The translations under genes and the position numbers were made by a program. The notes beneath the pieces are model-generated. The model searched no databases. It saw only the letters and a list, made by a program, of their open reading frames with translations, and had not been told where the DNA came from. A DNA stretch of 64,000 nucleotides. Source: Psammoneis japonica (lineage: Eukaryota). This document shows, one piece after another, positions 12,441 through 24,205 of the stretch (positions within the stretch are counted from its first letter, which is position 1; the number at the start of each line of letters is the position of its first letter). The DNA is taken from positions 1 to 64,000 of the forward strand of contig QPGO01000297.1 of the NCBI GenBank assembly GCA_008632985.1, given 5' to 3'.

Positions 12441-14738
12441 ATGTCATCAAGTGCGAGCAGTTTGAGCGAGGATCCGTGGGACAATAGTATTGTCAGTCGA
12501 CCCCAGCAAGAAGATGGGATTGATCATTACAATCCTCACGACCTGGTATGGTCGTGGACCATTGAGGGTCTTGTAGACGACAGAGGAAAAAGTGAAGCCC
12601 CAATGGCTGCTTCCACAGAATCGTCAAGCAACAAGGAGAGAACGAATATTGTCTTCAGTAGGCGACTGATATGGGCCTCCGTCGCTGCGCTCGTGATTGT
12701 CATTATTGTCATGGTTACAATCATCGTTGTGTTTATGGGTGGGAGCGACAATAGCAAAGATAAAGATCCTTTTAAAGATCCTCCAACGCCGGATCAAATC
12801 CAGGTGTTGGAGTTTCTAAAATCTATTTCATTCGATTCGGGAAAAGCCTTGACAAACCAGTCATCGCCACAATACGCCGCATTCCGGTGGCTTGCTTCGG
12901 ATTCGTCCTTGACCCAATACTCTAATGTGCGTAAAACACAACGATACGTTTTAGCGACACTGTACGAGAGTCTAGGGGGAAATGATTGGTTTTCTAACGA
13001 GGACTGGCTCTCAGGAAAGCACGAGTGTCAATGGGAATTCATGGAATGCAGCTCTCTGCAGAATGGAACACTGGATTCGGTTGGCCTTGCCGCCAACAAT
13101 TTGATTGGGTCCAGGTTACCACCCGAGCTAGGCCTTCTCGATTTGTTGCATCTTGATTTGAGTAACAACAATGTAAAGGGAACGCTCCTTTCGGAGCTGG
13201 GACGCTTGACGACTCTCACTACGCTTGATCTCAGTGACAACAGCTTGACGGGCTCTCTCTTCACCGAATTGGGATCATTGACTGGTCTCGTGATGCTCAA
13301 CTTCAGTAACAACTATTTGACGGGGACTCTTGCCACCGAATTAGGATTGTTGAAGGATCTCACTATACTTGATCTCAGTGAGAACACTCTAACGGGCAAT
13401 CTGACTACCGAATTGGGTATATTGGCATCATTGGAGACTCTTGATACATCAAAGAATCGCTTGTCGGGCTCCCTCAGTTCAGAACTGGGACTATTGACGG
13501 ACCTCGCAACACTGGACGTGAGCTCGAACAACTTGACGGGCACTCTCTTTGCCGAGCTGGAACTCTTAACGTCACTTGAAATTCTCGATATATCACACAA
13601 TCGATTGTCGGGTTCCATTATAACGGAATTGGGACTCTTGAAGGATCTCACCACTCTTGATTTGTCTCAGAATGACATTGTTGGCACCGTGCCAGTTGAA
13701 ATTTGCCTATTGAAGAATGTTTCTCTTCAAGTAGACTGCACCAGTCAAGAGGTTCTTTGCAGCTGCTGTGGCGATTCGTGTTTACTCGAATCTCTATTAT
13801 CCGTCACGTTTGAAGCAACGCCATTGCAAACAAAAAATCAGTCTTCGCCGCAATATCAAGCCTTTAATTGGCTCAAGACCAACAATTCATCACGACAACT
13901 ACGACATAATTTTGAACGAATCCTACAACGCTACGTCTTGGCCGTCCTGTACTATAGCACGGGAGGTCCGGAATGGACGCTCCAAGATGAATACTTTATA
14001 ACGGGCGATGACCAAGATGAGTGTTTCTTACAGCCAACAGCAGGCAAAGTCCAGCCATTGCAAGACGCTAGTGCGTCGGCGTCATCGAGTCGTACTCCGG
14101 CGACTGCAGCCGTGGATGGAAGTTTCGAAACAAGTTGGACGAGTGCTTCTTCCTTTATCGACACTCCCCAGTGGCTCGAGTTGAATCTTCATCAAACATT
14201 TCGTTTTCATAATGTAAGCATAACTTGGGGAGATGAGGCGTACGCCACTACGTATCGGGTCGAGGTGGTAGCGACCAATGGTGAAACGACAAGGGCAGTC
14301 ACGGTGAGGCTCTTTGGAAATTTCAGAACGGAGACCGTGGAATTCAATGGTGCGCTTGGGCAGTATCTACGTGTCGTTTTGATCACTTCGAATCTGGATC
14401 ACTATTCCATTGCAGAGGTTTCCGCTTGGGGAAATGCACCTGTCTTGCTGGAGTGCAACAAGGACGACAAAATTTCCATAATTGCACTCGGACAAAACAA
14501 TTTGGAAGGAACAATACCAAAGGAGCTGGGACTCTTATCAAGCTCACTCGAGGAACTGAATCTGAGTGGCAATAGATTGGTTGGTCACGTCCCGACAGAG
14601 CTGAGCTTGTTGACAGGGTTGCAAACATTCAACATTGAATCGAACCGGTTATCAGGAACGCTGCCGTTTTGCCGAGTTCCAAATGTGTTCTTGGATTGTG
14701 ATGAGATCGAATGCACTTGTTGTGACGAGTGTAAATGA
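12441..14738 (+). CDS. Second type II membrane LRR + F5/8 type C protein (tandem paralog of 9149-11623)
   Basis: 765-aa intact ORF with the same architecture: TM, QRYVLATLY cap, about 9 LRRs with 72-bp periodicity (accgaattggg), CSCC cap, second cap, discoidin-like AAVDG..W..QWLELNL..GQYLRV..YSIAEV, then LRRs and CTCC. Confidence 0.85.
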   Translation: MSSSASSLSEDPWDNSIVSRPQQEDGIDHYNPHDLVWSWTIEGLVDDRGKSEAPMAASTESSSNKERTNIVFSRRLIWASVAALVIVIIVMVTIIVVFMGGSDNSKDKDPFKDPPTPDQIQVLEFLKSISFDSGKALTNQSSPQYAAFRWLASDSSLTQYSNVRKTQRYVLATLYESLGGNDWFSNEDWLSGKHECQWEFMECSSLQNGTLDSVGLAANNLIGSRLPPELGLLDLLHLDLSNNNVKGTLLSELGRLTTLTTLDLSDNSLTGSLFTELGSLTGLVMLNFSNNYLTGTLATELGLLKDLTILDLSENTLTGNLTTELGILASLETLDTSKNRLSGSLSSELGLLTDLATLDVSSNNLTGTLFAELELLTSLEILDISHNRLSGSIITELGLLKDLTTLDLSQNDIVGTVPVEICLLKNVSLQVDCTSQEVLCSCCGDSCLLESLLSVTFEATPLQTKNQSSPQYQAFNWLKTNNSSRQLRHNFERILQRYVLAVLYYSTGGPEWTLQDEYFITGDDQDECFLQPTAGKVQPLQDASASASSSRTPATAAVDGSFETSWTSASSFIDTPQWLELNLHQTFRFHNVSITWGDEAYATTYRVEVVATNGETTRAVTVRLFGNFRTETVEFNGALGQYLRVVLITSNLDHYSIAEVSAWGNAPVLLECNKDDKISIIALGQNNLEGTIPKELGLLSSSLEELNLSGNRLVGHVPTELSLLTGLQTFNIESNRLSGTLPFCRVPNVFLDCDEIECTCCDECK

Positions 14739-15591
14739 ACGGGTGTGCTTGGGACTCAAAGACTATCCTTGTGTGTGCTTTTTCCAATAAGAAAGGAATT
14801 CCATGCTATTTTTGGAGGCGTGTGGCGTCCGTACGTGACGGATTCTTCGATACGTGCCCACCAAACAGCGTCACGTCAGTGAGCTTGACCAATGTCAAAT
14901 CTCGCGGCTTTCTTAGTGTTCTAAAGTTTCTTCCTTTAGGATTTGAGTCGCTTTTTGGTTGCTAGATTAGTCTCCTTCTTAACGTCTGCATGTCCACAGT
15001 TGTCATTCTTCGACTTCGGAAAGAACTCGCCGGGTTGGAGGTCCATGGATAACACGTTGGGAATTGACTTGAGACGGAATCACATTTGGAATGAACTCAA
15101 AACAACTTGGAACGCTGCCATGGCATTCGCAGGTCTGACTTGTTCTGCGCATCCCACCTGAAACGAGCAGGAAGAAATAATAAACCGCCACTAAGTTCAC
15201 TGGACGGTTTGACACTAGCAGCAGCACGACGGTATGACGCTTGATGCTAGGGCCGCAGTGAGTCTCTGGCCGGGAGGTTGGGGAGCTTCAGACCATCGAG
15301 TATGAGTATTACAAAAAACTTTGTTATGCTGTAATGAATAGAGCCCGATTGTGCTTCTCAGATACCAGGTAAGACCTACCGTGCACCGTGCATTCTGCAT
15401 TCTACTATAGACCGACTTTTTTCTCTGCCGCCGACAGCATCGTCGCGCCCGACACAAATACTCTACCTGGTGCGTGGTCAATCGGGCCACGCTTTACACC
15501 TTTTCACCCTTCACCTCCTACTGTCTCCATTCTCTATGCTCTCACTCTCCCTCAATGTACAATATGTTCTGTTCGCACATTCTCTACACTC

Positions 15592-16010
15592 GGGCGCGCT
15601 GATGGGCGCAACCTTCGCGGTGAAGGGGGGGGGGAATCGTAAAATCACGTGTTATTCTGTAAAACACGTGCTTTGTCGTGTAAAACACACATTTTGGCTC
15701 ATTACCCTATATCTTACGTAGGATCCTACGTAGCAGGCTTTTTCGAGCATTCGTCGGTCTGTCGTCGGTCATTTTTGATGGCGAACCCAAACCAGAAGGA
15801 GCCCGGAAGTTAACATTCACTGTCAGTTCGCGCGATTTGAATGCAAAAACTGCTCGACTCGACTGTCGAAAGCACCATGACGACCCAAGCCGCTGCTTGT
15901 TGCTAGTTAGGGCGTTTTACAAAACAGGGGTGTTTTACACATTTTGACAATCTGGGGTGAAAGTGGGGTCAGGGGCACCGCCCAATGCGTGAGATTAATT
16001 CAGTGCGCCC
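15592..16010. mobile_element. PIF/Harbinger-like MITE (419 bp)
   Basis: TIRs gggcgcgctga / tcagtgcgccc, perfect 3-bp TSD ctc (15589-15591 and 16011-16013), inverted subterminal tgtaaaacac motifs, and an internal 18-bp palindrome at 15715-15732. Confidence 0.65.
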
Positions 16011-16099
16011 CTCGCAATGAATCTTGCTGGGTGGAGGTCTGCAGCAGCTGCGCGCGCTTTTCAGTTGGTTCCGCATTTTCGCACAGGCTGCGAACCCGT

Positions 16100-17727
16100 A
16101 TACCCCGCTTGAACAAAGAGAAAGCATGTGATCTAGATCTTTTTCTTTCCTTTCTTTCGGCATGGGACATGCCATCCAGCTCAGTGAGCACATCTCAAAG
16201 CGCGTTGGCAATCATCAGCGAACAGGCTCCGCTCACAATGTTGAGAGACACAGTGCTGCAGTGGCAAGTTCTGGCAAGCTATGTATTTTTCCCACGAGTT
16301 TCTACAACTGTCGTTTCTGCTGCAAAAAAAAAAACAGAACAGGCTTGCCCGACACAAACTCTGCCTGCCTTTCAGAAACATTCCGACCCTTCTGCTGTCC
16401 GACACTGCGAACATTTGCTTGTCCTCCTGGCACAAATCTGTCAGGCCTCTTCCTTTTCCTGCAATTTTTGAAACCAAAAAGGTCCAGCTTGTTAGATGGC
16501 AAAGAGCACACCACAGCAAACCTTGTGGGATTCGTGGTGTTTTTGCCGATTTTGGCCAGCGCATGGGCCCACATGTCTGGGTGCAGGTCATTGCGAGCCA
16601 ACAGTCGCTGACTGTGATGATCCAACAAGACTTTGGTGGTGGGTTGGCTCATCCTGAAAGCAACGTCCAACGGCGTATCTTCTGCATCGCTCAATGCGTT
16701 TGCATCGTCCCCATTCTCCAAAGACGCGCTCCAGGTCCAGGTGGGACCTCGCACTGCTGAACTGTGACATCGACAGTTTTTTGAATCACGTCGTGTGTCG
16801 CACACGTAGATTTCTACGTGATTTTTTCGACATTTTGTGTCATTTTACGGTGCACTTGTTGAGCGATCCATCCAACAACTTTTGACATTTTTTGTTACAG
16901 CGCGATTCTACAATGTCTTGAGAATCGCGTGGGGCAGGCGCACTTGCAAAAACGTCGAGTGGCAAGAGGCACAATTGCACCACAAACTTGGCAGTTCATT
17001 TGATGTTGAAGACAAATGTGTCCATCAATTAAATTCTCGCACTGCGGAGCTCGCATGCAGAATTCTGCGGGCCCAATGTCACACGGAGTCCCACCCAGGA
17101 CTGGAACCCGTCCAAAAGCAGTTTCAAGATTTTGATGCCAACCGCGTTTGTGTGTTGCGCAGCACAGTGCAGAGGCGTGATGCCACATTTGTCCGCGAAA
17201 TTGACAACAGCACCGTTCTCCAAGAGAAGTCGCGCAACGTCCAATCGAGTCTCGTAGTCCATGGTCTCAAAAATCCCCCCCACAGCCCAGGAAAGAGGTG
17301 CCTGGCCACGACGATCTTTCGCATTCACGTCAGCGTTGTTTTGCAGCAGAAGCATGCACATTTCCCTTGAACCAGCCAGATGCAATGGTGCAGTTCCATC
17401 AGAAGAACAACTGAAATTGACTGGAGCGCCACGTGACAGCAGCATTTGTGCAGCAGGCACATTGTCAAATTCGTGTGCAAGTTTGAATGGTGACATGTGT
17501 TCATCGTCAAGGCTTGCCGCCGTTGCACTTGCCCCTGTGTCAAGCAACAGCTGGACTTTGTGACCGGATGAGTCAGCCACAATCGCCCACCCTGGGATGC
17601 GGCAACCATTCACAACTGCACTCGCGTCAGCGCCACGCTGCAGCAAATTTTCTAGCTGCTCGGCGGTGCCACTGGTGATGGTTTCATAGAGCTGACGAGC
17701 TGTGTCATCATCAGCCTGCACGTCCAT
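16100..17727 (-). pseudogene. Ankyrin-repeat gene relic, interrupted by a MITE
   Basis: Ankyrin motifs GTAPLHLA, GQAPLSWA, GITPLHCAA and DTPLDVA. The KLLL|ENG repeat is split by the 16725-17110 insertion. TpA is depleted. Confidence 0.75.
16725..17110. mobile_element. ~386-bp MITE family, copy 1
   Basis: Imperfect ~25-bp TIRs (cgcgctccaggtccaggtgggacctc / gagtcccacccaggactggaacccg) and flanks tccaaaga / tccaaaag. Homologous to 46728-47114 and 47810-48191. Confidence 0.8.
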
Positions 17728-18799
17728 TTTTTCTGCTCCAGATCAAAACTGTGCACAAACGCAGCCCTGCGTTCAATCAATCAACGACAGCAGTTCCAAG
17801 GGGTTGGAGACGCATGATCACATGATGCGTGATGCTGTGGGTTGATGGGGATGATGGGGATGATGCGGTGCTGCGGCGCATTGCTCTTTGGATCTCACAG
17901 AGTCTAGCCAGTGCGGTGCCCAACCCTGCGCAGTGAACAGCCTCCGTGCTGGCTTGGCGCGGCGGCGCGCTCCAAAAAATGAGCACACAGACCATCATCT
18001 CATCATTTTTTAGTTGTCACAAAAAGCAGAAATCAATTTTGCAGCCTGCTCTCTTGCTCAGCATGAAGAAACTCACTGCGTAAGAAGGGGCTCTCTAGTG
18101 CCAACGTTGGCTGCTCCCACTCACGTGCAGCAAAGAACCTCCTGCTGCTGCCACTGAAGCTGTCATCGTCGCTGAGCAACGCTTGCCAAATGCCTGCAAT
18201 TTCAGCCACAAAAAAGCGGGTTGTGCTCCTCCTGCCCGGGCCTCCTCAGCACCCCAGGAAAAAAACTGAAGAAGGGCCATTGGCACCAGACAAGTGACAA
18301 GCAACACAGCTTGCAGAGAAAGAAAAGCCCAGCATGTGCAAGCTGAGCACGCAGCACACTTTAGCACTCCTGGAGTGTGTGGTGTGAAAAGTGGCTGCTC
18401 TCCCTGCAAAACTCCCAGCATTTCATTCATTGACAAAATGTTTTGTGCACCACTGGCTGGGGGGGGGGGTGATGCTCCATGGCCAAGCAACAGAGCTCAA
18501 GGCATGATTTTGTGCATCATGCAAACTCACAAAAATGAGAGCTCAGGAGGATTGCATCACAAGGGCTGTTGAGCTCAGCAGCTCCTCAAGAAGTTTTCCT
18601 GCAGCTCTTCAGCCCAATGCAAGGTTGTTTGGACTTTCTTCTTCTTCTTCTTCTTCAGCTCATGAGCAGCCACCTCTCCATCCACCAGGTTCTGCCAAGT
18701 GGCCAAGAGGCCACATCACAATGGGGCACAGACACCTCCTGGCACGTGTGGTGCTTGATGTTGCAAATGCCCTTGATCTGGCCATCTGCCATCTCATCT

Positions 18800-18915
18800 G
18801 CACCACCCAACACAAGAGACTGGCTCTCCTTGGCATCATGAAACAAAGCCCATCACTGCATCTGGATGGTGTCCCCTTTCTTCTGCCGGCAACAAAGCCT
18901 GTTTTTCAGCCTTGA
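18800..18915. repeat. Decayed repeat similar to 22125-22205
   Basis: The two sites share ggcatcatgaa..gccc..ctggatgg..caaagcctgtttttcagccttg. Identity of the element is unknown. Confidence 0.5.
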
Positions 18916-20099
18916 CCACTTGCAAGAACACTCCCTCTCTGACCTTGCCATCCATGAGTTGATTAGACCTTCAAGATTGCCTGGTCAGAGAGCAGAGCTC
19001 ACCTTTTGTTGCAGGGAGTTTCAGCCATGGATCCTTCTTTTTCCACTCCAATGGCGTGCACACACACATTTTGTGCTCTGGCCTGGGTTGTGACTCCAAG
19101 AGCATCCCCATGGCTGTGGGGCAGCCAGGAGCCAGGGGTGGGTGTGGTTGACCATTGACTGGATTCAGGGTTAACCCACATGGTGGCAACCACACAAACG
19201 GGTGCATTTTTGTGAGGTTTGTGCCCTCAAAGCATGGGTGTGGAGAGTGGCAGCATGATCAGGAAACATTTCACTCCCCGGCCCATGTGGGACAATGCCT
19301 CTGCAGCTCAGTGTGCAAAGCTCCATCCAGATGTGTCTGCCAGCAAGAGAGCCTTTGTCGCTGGTTTTAAAGAGGGAGTCAAGTCAAATTGAGCCAGCTG
19401 TGCTGAGTGCATGCAATGGACTGATCAATCAAAAATGAGAGAGCCTTTGCTTGGTGGGTCCCACAAACCTTCAAAGTGCATCAACAGGTCATGGCTGCAG
19501 CAAACAAGTGCTGTCCCAAGCAGATGCACAAGTGCACAATGATCCCCACAACAAGGCTGTCAAAGTTCTTGACAAAGCCAAGAATGGCAACTGTCCATGG
19601 CAAGGCTCAGTCAGTTGACAAGGAAATGAGCATTGCAAAAACAAGGCATTTGGGGTCAGCATGGGAAGCAGCGTGCCTCTGGCAGGGTGCCAGTGCACCA
19701 AACAATGTCACCTGGTCTTTGGTGCAACACTCAGGACTTCAGGTGCAAGGCATGCCACATTGCAGGGGTCAATGCTGCCAAACCTCCAGCAACCTTGACA
19801 TGCACAAGTCCTGCATCATGTGAGAGTGTGAGAATTTCCTCCACTCTTGCAGCACTCAACAATTGGGAGGTGAAGGAAGGAAGCAGCAACAAGTCACATC
19901 TCAGCTGCCAAGGTGTGCTGTTCTCATCAATCTGCTTTTCATTCATTTTTCTCACTTGACATCAAAATGACAAAGTCAGCGCACAGTCAATCACTCTGCT
20001 GCAGGTTGTTCTTTCAAGGGTCAAGGGTGGGTTTTCAAGTTTGAAGTTTGGGCGGGCATGTGGTTTTTGGTTTTCTCACACTGCAAGATTGCTGCAAGT

Positions 20100-21310
20100 G
20101 AGGAATCATTGTCACATCATCAAAGCGCATGTGTTGCCCCATGGCATTGCATCAATCACCACCACCATGCCATGCATCATCATGTCTCCAACCACTTGAA
20201 ACTCCTGGCATTGAGTTGTTGAGCGTGCACTGCTTTTGTGCGCAGCTTTGATCTGGGGCAGAAGAAATGTGCAGGCTGACAACAAGAACAATGAAGCTTG
20301 TTGGCTCTTGCTGCAAGCTGTCCACAGTGGCCAAGGAGGTTGAAAATTTTTGCTGCAAAGTGATGGCCAGCACCAATGGGAGTGCATTGGTGGGTGGTGA
20401 CATTTCCTGTGCTGGGTGATTGTGAGATTCTTCACAACTGCCAACCACTTTTGCAAAGAGACCAGCTGTTGCTTGTTGGAGCAGGGACAAGCACAATGGC
20501 AACTCAAAGTGGCAGCACACCACTGCACACCTTTTTGGCCATAAGCAAGCATGTTGCACAAATGCCGGCACCACATGGTGATCCAGCCAACAAGGGGAGC
20601 CATGTTGCTGGAGCTGTGCTGAGCAGGAAAGATCATTGTGGGCAAGCACCTCTTTGCCAGGCTGCCACAGCAAAGCACATGAAGGTTGCATGAGCTCTCT
20701 CAGAGAAGTGCACTTCCAAGCCACAAACCTCTGCACATTTGGCATTGTTGAAGCCTGAGAGGAAGAGTGCTGCCAGACTCTTGAAGCTGCTCTTGAAGAA
20801 TGGGGGACCACAATTTACATGCACTGAGTTTCAATGGCAAAAACACCTTTAGATGCTGCTTTCAGGAAGAGCCAGTCTGCTGCTGAATTTTGTTGGAGCA
20901 TCTCAGTCAGCCACTCTTGGCTCCTTGCAATGACTTGCACCCAGGTGTGCTGCCAGTGCTCTGACCAAAGTTGGCAATCTTTGCTTTGCAGCAAGCTGGG
21001 CCTTTCTGGTTTCAAGAGTTGCAGGAAAAGGATGAGGTCCAACAGGTTTGAAGTGGGCAGACAAGCAATTTGCAGCATCAGGCAGCAGAAGGGATGTCAT
21101 TTTTGTGCAAGGCTGGCAGAGCTGGTGTGTTGGGCAACATTGGCCTGTGCTGGTTTTGGTGGCAGAAATGACATGTGTGGAGATGTGTGAAAAAATGCAC
21201 GGCTCTGTCTCTCAGCACAATGGACCCCATTCTGTGGCAGTGACAAGGTGGCATGTCACGCAAAAGAGAAAAAGCCACCCAGGTCATGTTGCTTTGTCCA
21301 AGCCAAGTTG
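20100..21310 (+). pseudogene. More heavily mutated, inverted copy of the ankyrin gene, without the MITE
   Basis: GSTPLHT, GQAPLCQA and KTPLDAAFRKSQ motifs. 20990-21300 aligns in reverse with 16110-16495. The KLLLKNG site is uninterrupted. Confidence 0.7.
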
Positions 21311-22439
21311 GTGGTCAGCTGTGAGCCTTGAATGTGGTGTCATTGCTGGATCATTTTGGCAACCAGCCAATTTTGTTGTGTCATTCAGTGCTCCTGCAAT
21401 GGCCACATTCCAGACACACGCACAAACTGCGCACATGCATCTCATGACATTCGGAACCCATGATTGAATGTCTTCTCTCACAAAAGACAAATGATGAGCA
21501 AGGCATTCAAAACACACAAGAATTTGCACATGGCAGCAGGGTGGCACAATGGTGCTGCCAGCTGGGCTTTAGCACACAACATCAAATGCAACACCCAATG
21601 CCTTCTGTTCCAAAACAGTCTCAGATGCACACAAGATTTGTTCTGGGACAGTTCCCAGGACAAAAAATGTGCATTGCTGGTGGGCTGAACTCCCAGCAGA
21701 AAATGAAGGATCTTGCCACATTTTCCATCTGGCACCCAGTTGCAGAAGTTGCAGCTGTTGCTGCATGGAGTGCTTGGCACTGCTCCAGCAGTGCTGGCAC
21801 CCACTTTTACACTCCTGCTGCCTGTCATGGTTCTCACCCAGCAACAAACCAACAGTTTTGAGCATGTCTTGGGTGCTGTGAGGATGTGCTCACTGTGCAC
21901 TCAGAGTCAGCACTCTTGATGTTTGTTGTGTCTGGACATTTCTTGTTTTTCTGGAGCCAGAGCCAGGCAGCCTTTTCAGCAAAGGCTGCAAAAGCCAAAA
22001 CAAGGGGATTTGCAATGACAGTGGAGTCCAAGGGCACACTTGCCAAAGCAAGGGAGTTTGCAGCAGCAATGGAGTCTAAAGACTTGCTTCTCATGGCCAC
22101 CCCACAAAAGATGTTGAGGATCCCTGGCATCATGAACAAATGCCCATTGCTTCTGGATGGGCCCCTTCCTTCCACCAGGGACAAAGCCTGTTTTTCAGCC
22201 TTGGCTGCTTGCAACAATGCTCCTCTGACCTTGTCAGTTGTGAATTGACCTGACTTTCAAGGGCAGCCAAGGAGTGAGGTGCTTGTTGAAAGCAGTGCAA
22301 GAGGCTGAGTTTGTGTTGGCCAACAACATTTCCCATGTCAGCTGCCAAGTGGAGATGACTGGTTGATGATGACAGATGTGAGAGGAAATGATGACCTTGT
22401 GGAGGCATGACTCAGAGAGCAAGCACAGCTGACAGACTG

Positions 22440-23630
22440 TCAAGACTGAAGAAGTTCCAAAATCAGCATGTGCGTGACTGTTGTCCATGCCTCAATGCAA
22501 GTGGCTGGCTCATGTTCCTTGACCTGGGGCTGGGAACTTGGGTTTCTTGGGACTTTCATGTGGCAAAGGTTTGCCTTCAACTGCTTCAAGCATTGGAGCA
22601 TCCCAATCATCCACAGACACTTTGGCAATGCCTTTGTGGCACCATTCAGCAGAAAAGGTGTCACACAGGGCAACCCAGTTGGGGCATGGCAGCTCATGGA
22701 CTGGGACTTCTCCCACCAGTCCAGGAGACAAGGGAGCCAGTGTTTGCAACACACACACTCCCCACCCCTTGGTGTGCTGACAACTCTGCTGCAGTGGAAA
22801 ATTGTTTGATCCTGCAGGAATTTTCCTTGATTCTTTGAGCTGAAGGCCCCAAGCATGAATGCTTCCCTGCTTGCAACTCCAAGAATGTCCCGGCAGTCCC
22901 ACCAAGCACAACCTGGAGAATGCCAAGGCTTGTTTTTTAAAGACCTTGGCTTCACTTTCACCTCAGGTTGCCACCACCACCTTGGAGGCTTTGTTGGAGA
23001 GAAGGGTGTGCACAGCCAATGGCAGGTGGACAAAGCCAAGCAAAAACTGGCCAAGATGACCATCTGCCACCCACAAACCACCTGAGCTGGTCCAAAAAAG
23101 TCACCACAATGCCAGCTGCAGTGTGCACAAGATGCAGTCAAGGAGTGCTGCGGTGAGTGGTTTGAGGAAGCAGAGCACGTGATCCAGCATCAATTTCTTC
23201 CAGTGCCAATTGGTGAGACCTTTGCTGATGACAGTCCAAGACTGTTCCCATCTGCTCTCAAAATCAAATTTGCGAGACTGTCCATTCCTCATCCAATGGA
23301 GTCTGTGACCAAAGCCATGAAGCAAGCACTCTCACACATGCACACATGTGACAGACTCACTTTGTGGCTGCTCCAATTTCTCTTCAGCAGTCCACAAGGA
23401 CACTGTGCATTGAGTGAAAAGTGAGGCAGCTGAGAGGAAATCCAAGTCACATGAGAGCATGGCTGTCAGTGCACCCGTTGATGCTGAATGGTGCACGGAA
23501 CTCTCGTGTGTGCACACCGCGGAGCTCCATGATGTGCTCTGTCTGCGGTGTGGTGGTTCTCCTTGAGACCTGCAAATTTTCCACCAACCATGCTCTTCAG
23601 TGCAAGAAGGGAGAGCCAGTCATCTTACAA
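22440..23630 (+). mobile_element. Decayed CRE-like non-LTR retrotransposon (RT to zinc knuckle)
   Basis: FSRKGVTQGNP (GVxQGDP), WCADN (YADD), HHLGGFVG (RYLGGFIG) and NHALQCKKG. Many frameshifts. Confidence 0.75.
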
Positions 23631-24205
23631 TGAACCCCTTGTCAACCCTGCTGGTCACACCTCAGGAAGCCCAAGCAACTCTGCATTGTTGGTTGCCCCC
23701 CACAGATGCTCCCAGACACTGTGGGGGCGGTGCTGGTCTGTCCCTTTGAAGATGCTGAATGATCTTGCTCAAGCGGGCTCCACTCATCAAGACAAATCAC
23801 TGACCCCTTGCCCTCAGACACTGTTGATGACAAGCTTCCAAGATGACCAAAATCCCACCCAACGCTGTGGTGCTGGCGGTGCCAGAATGCAGTCTCGAAT
23901 GTCGCGCACACAGACACTAAAAAGGCACACGACAACTGCCCCTCATTCGTGCGACTGTGATGCATTGACGCATCATGCAGTGCTCATTTTCCAATTTTCT
24001 TATTCATGCCACACTTGTGGGAATTCTCTTGTTCATAGCCTTGGGCGTGTTCGTTTAGCGCGGAAATGATTTGCGCCGCGCAAATCATTTTGCCGCGCAA
24101 ATGTTGGCCCAACTGGGCAGGTGACAACACACAGCACACAATGCTCAATGCGCCGCGGCTGCACACTGCACACTGCACACAGCACACAGCGAACAGCGAC
24201 AGACC

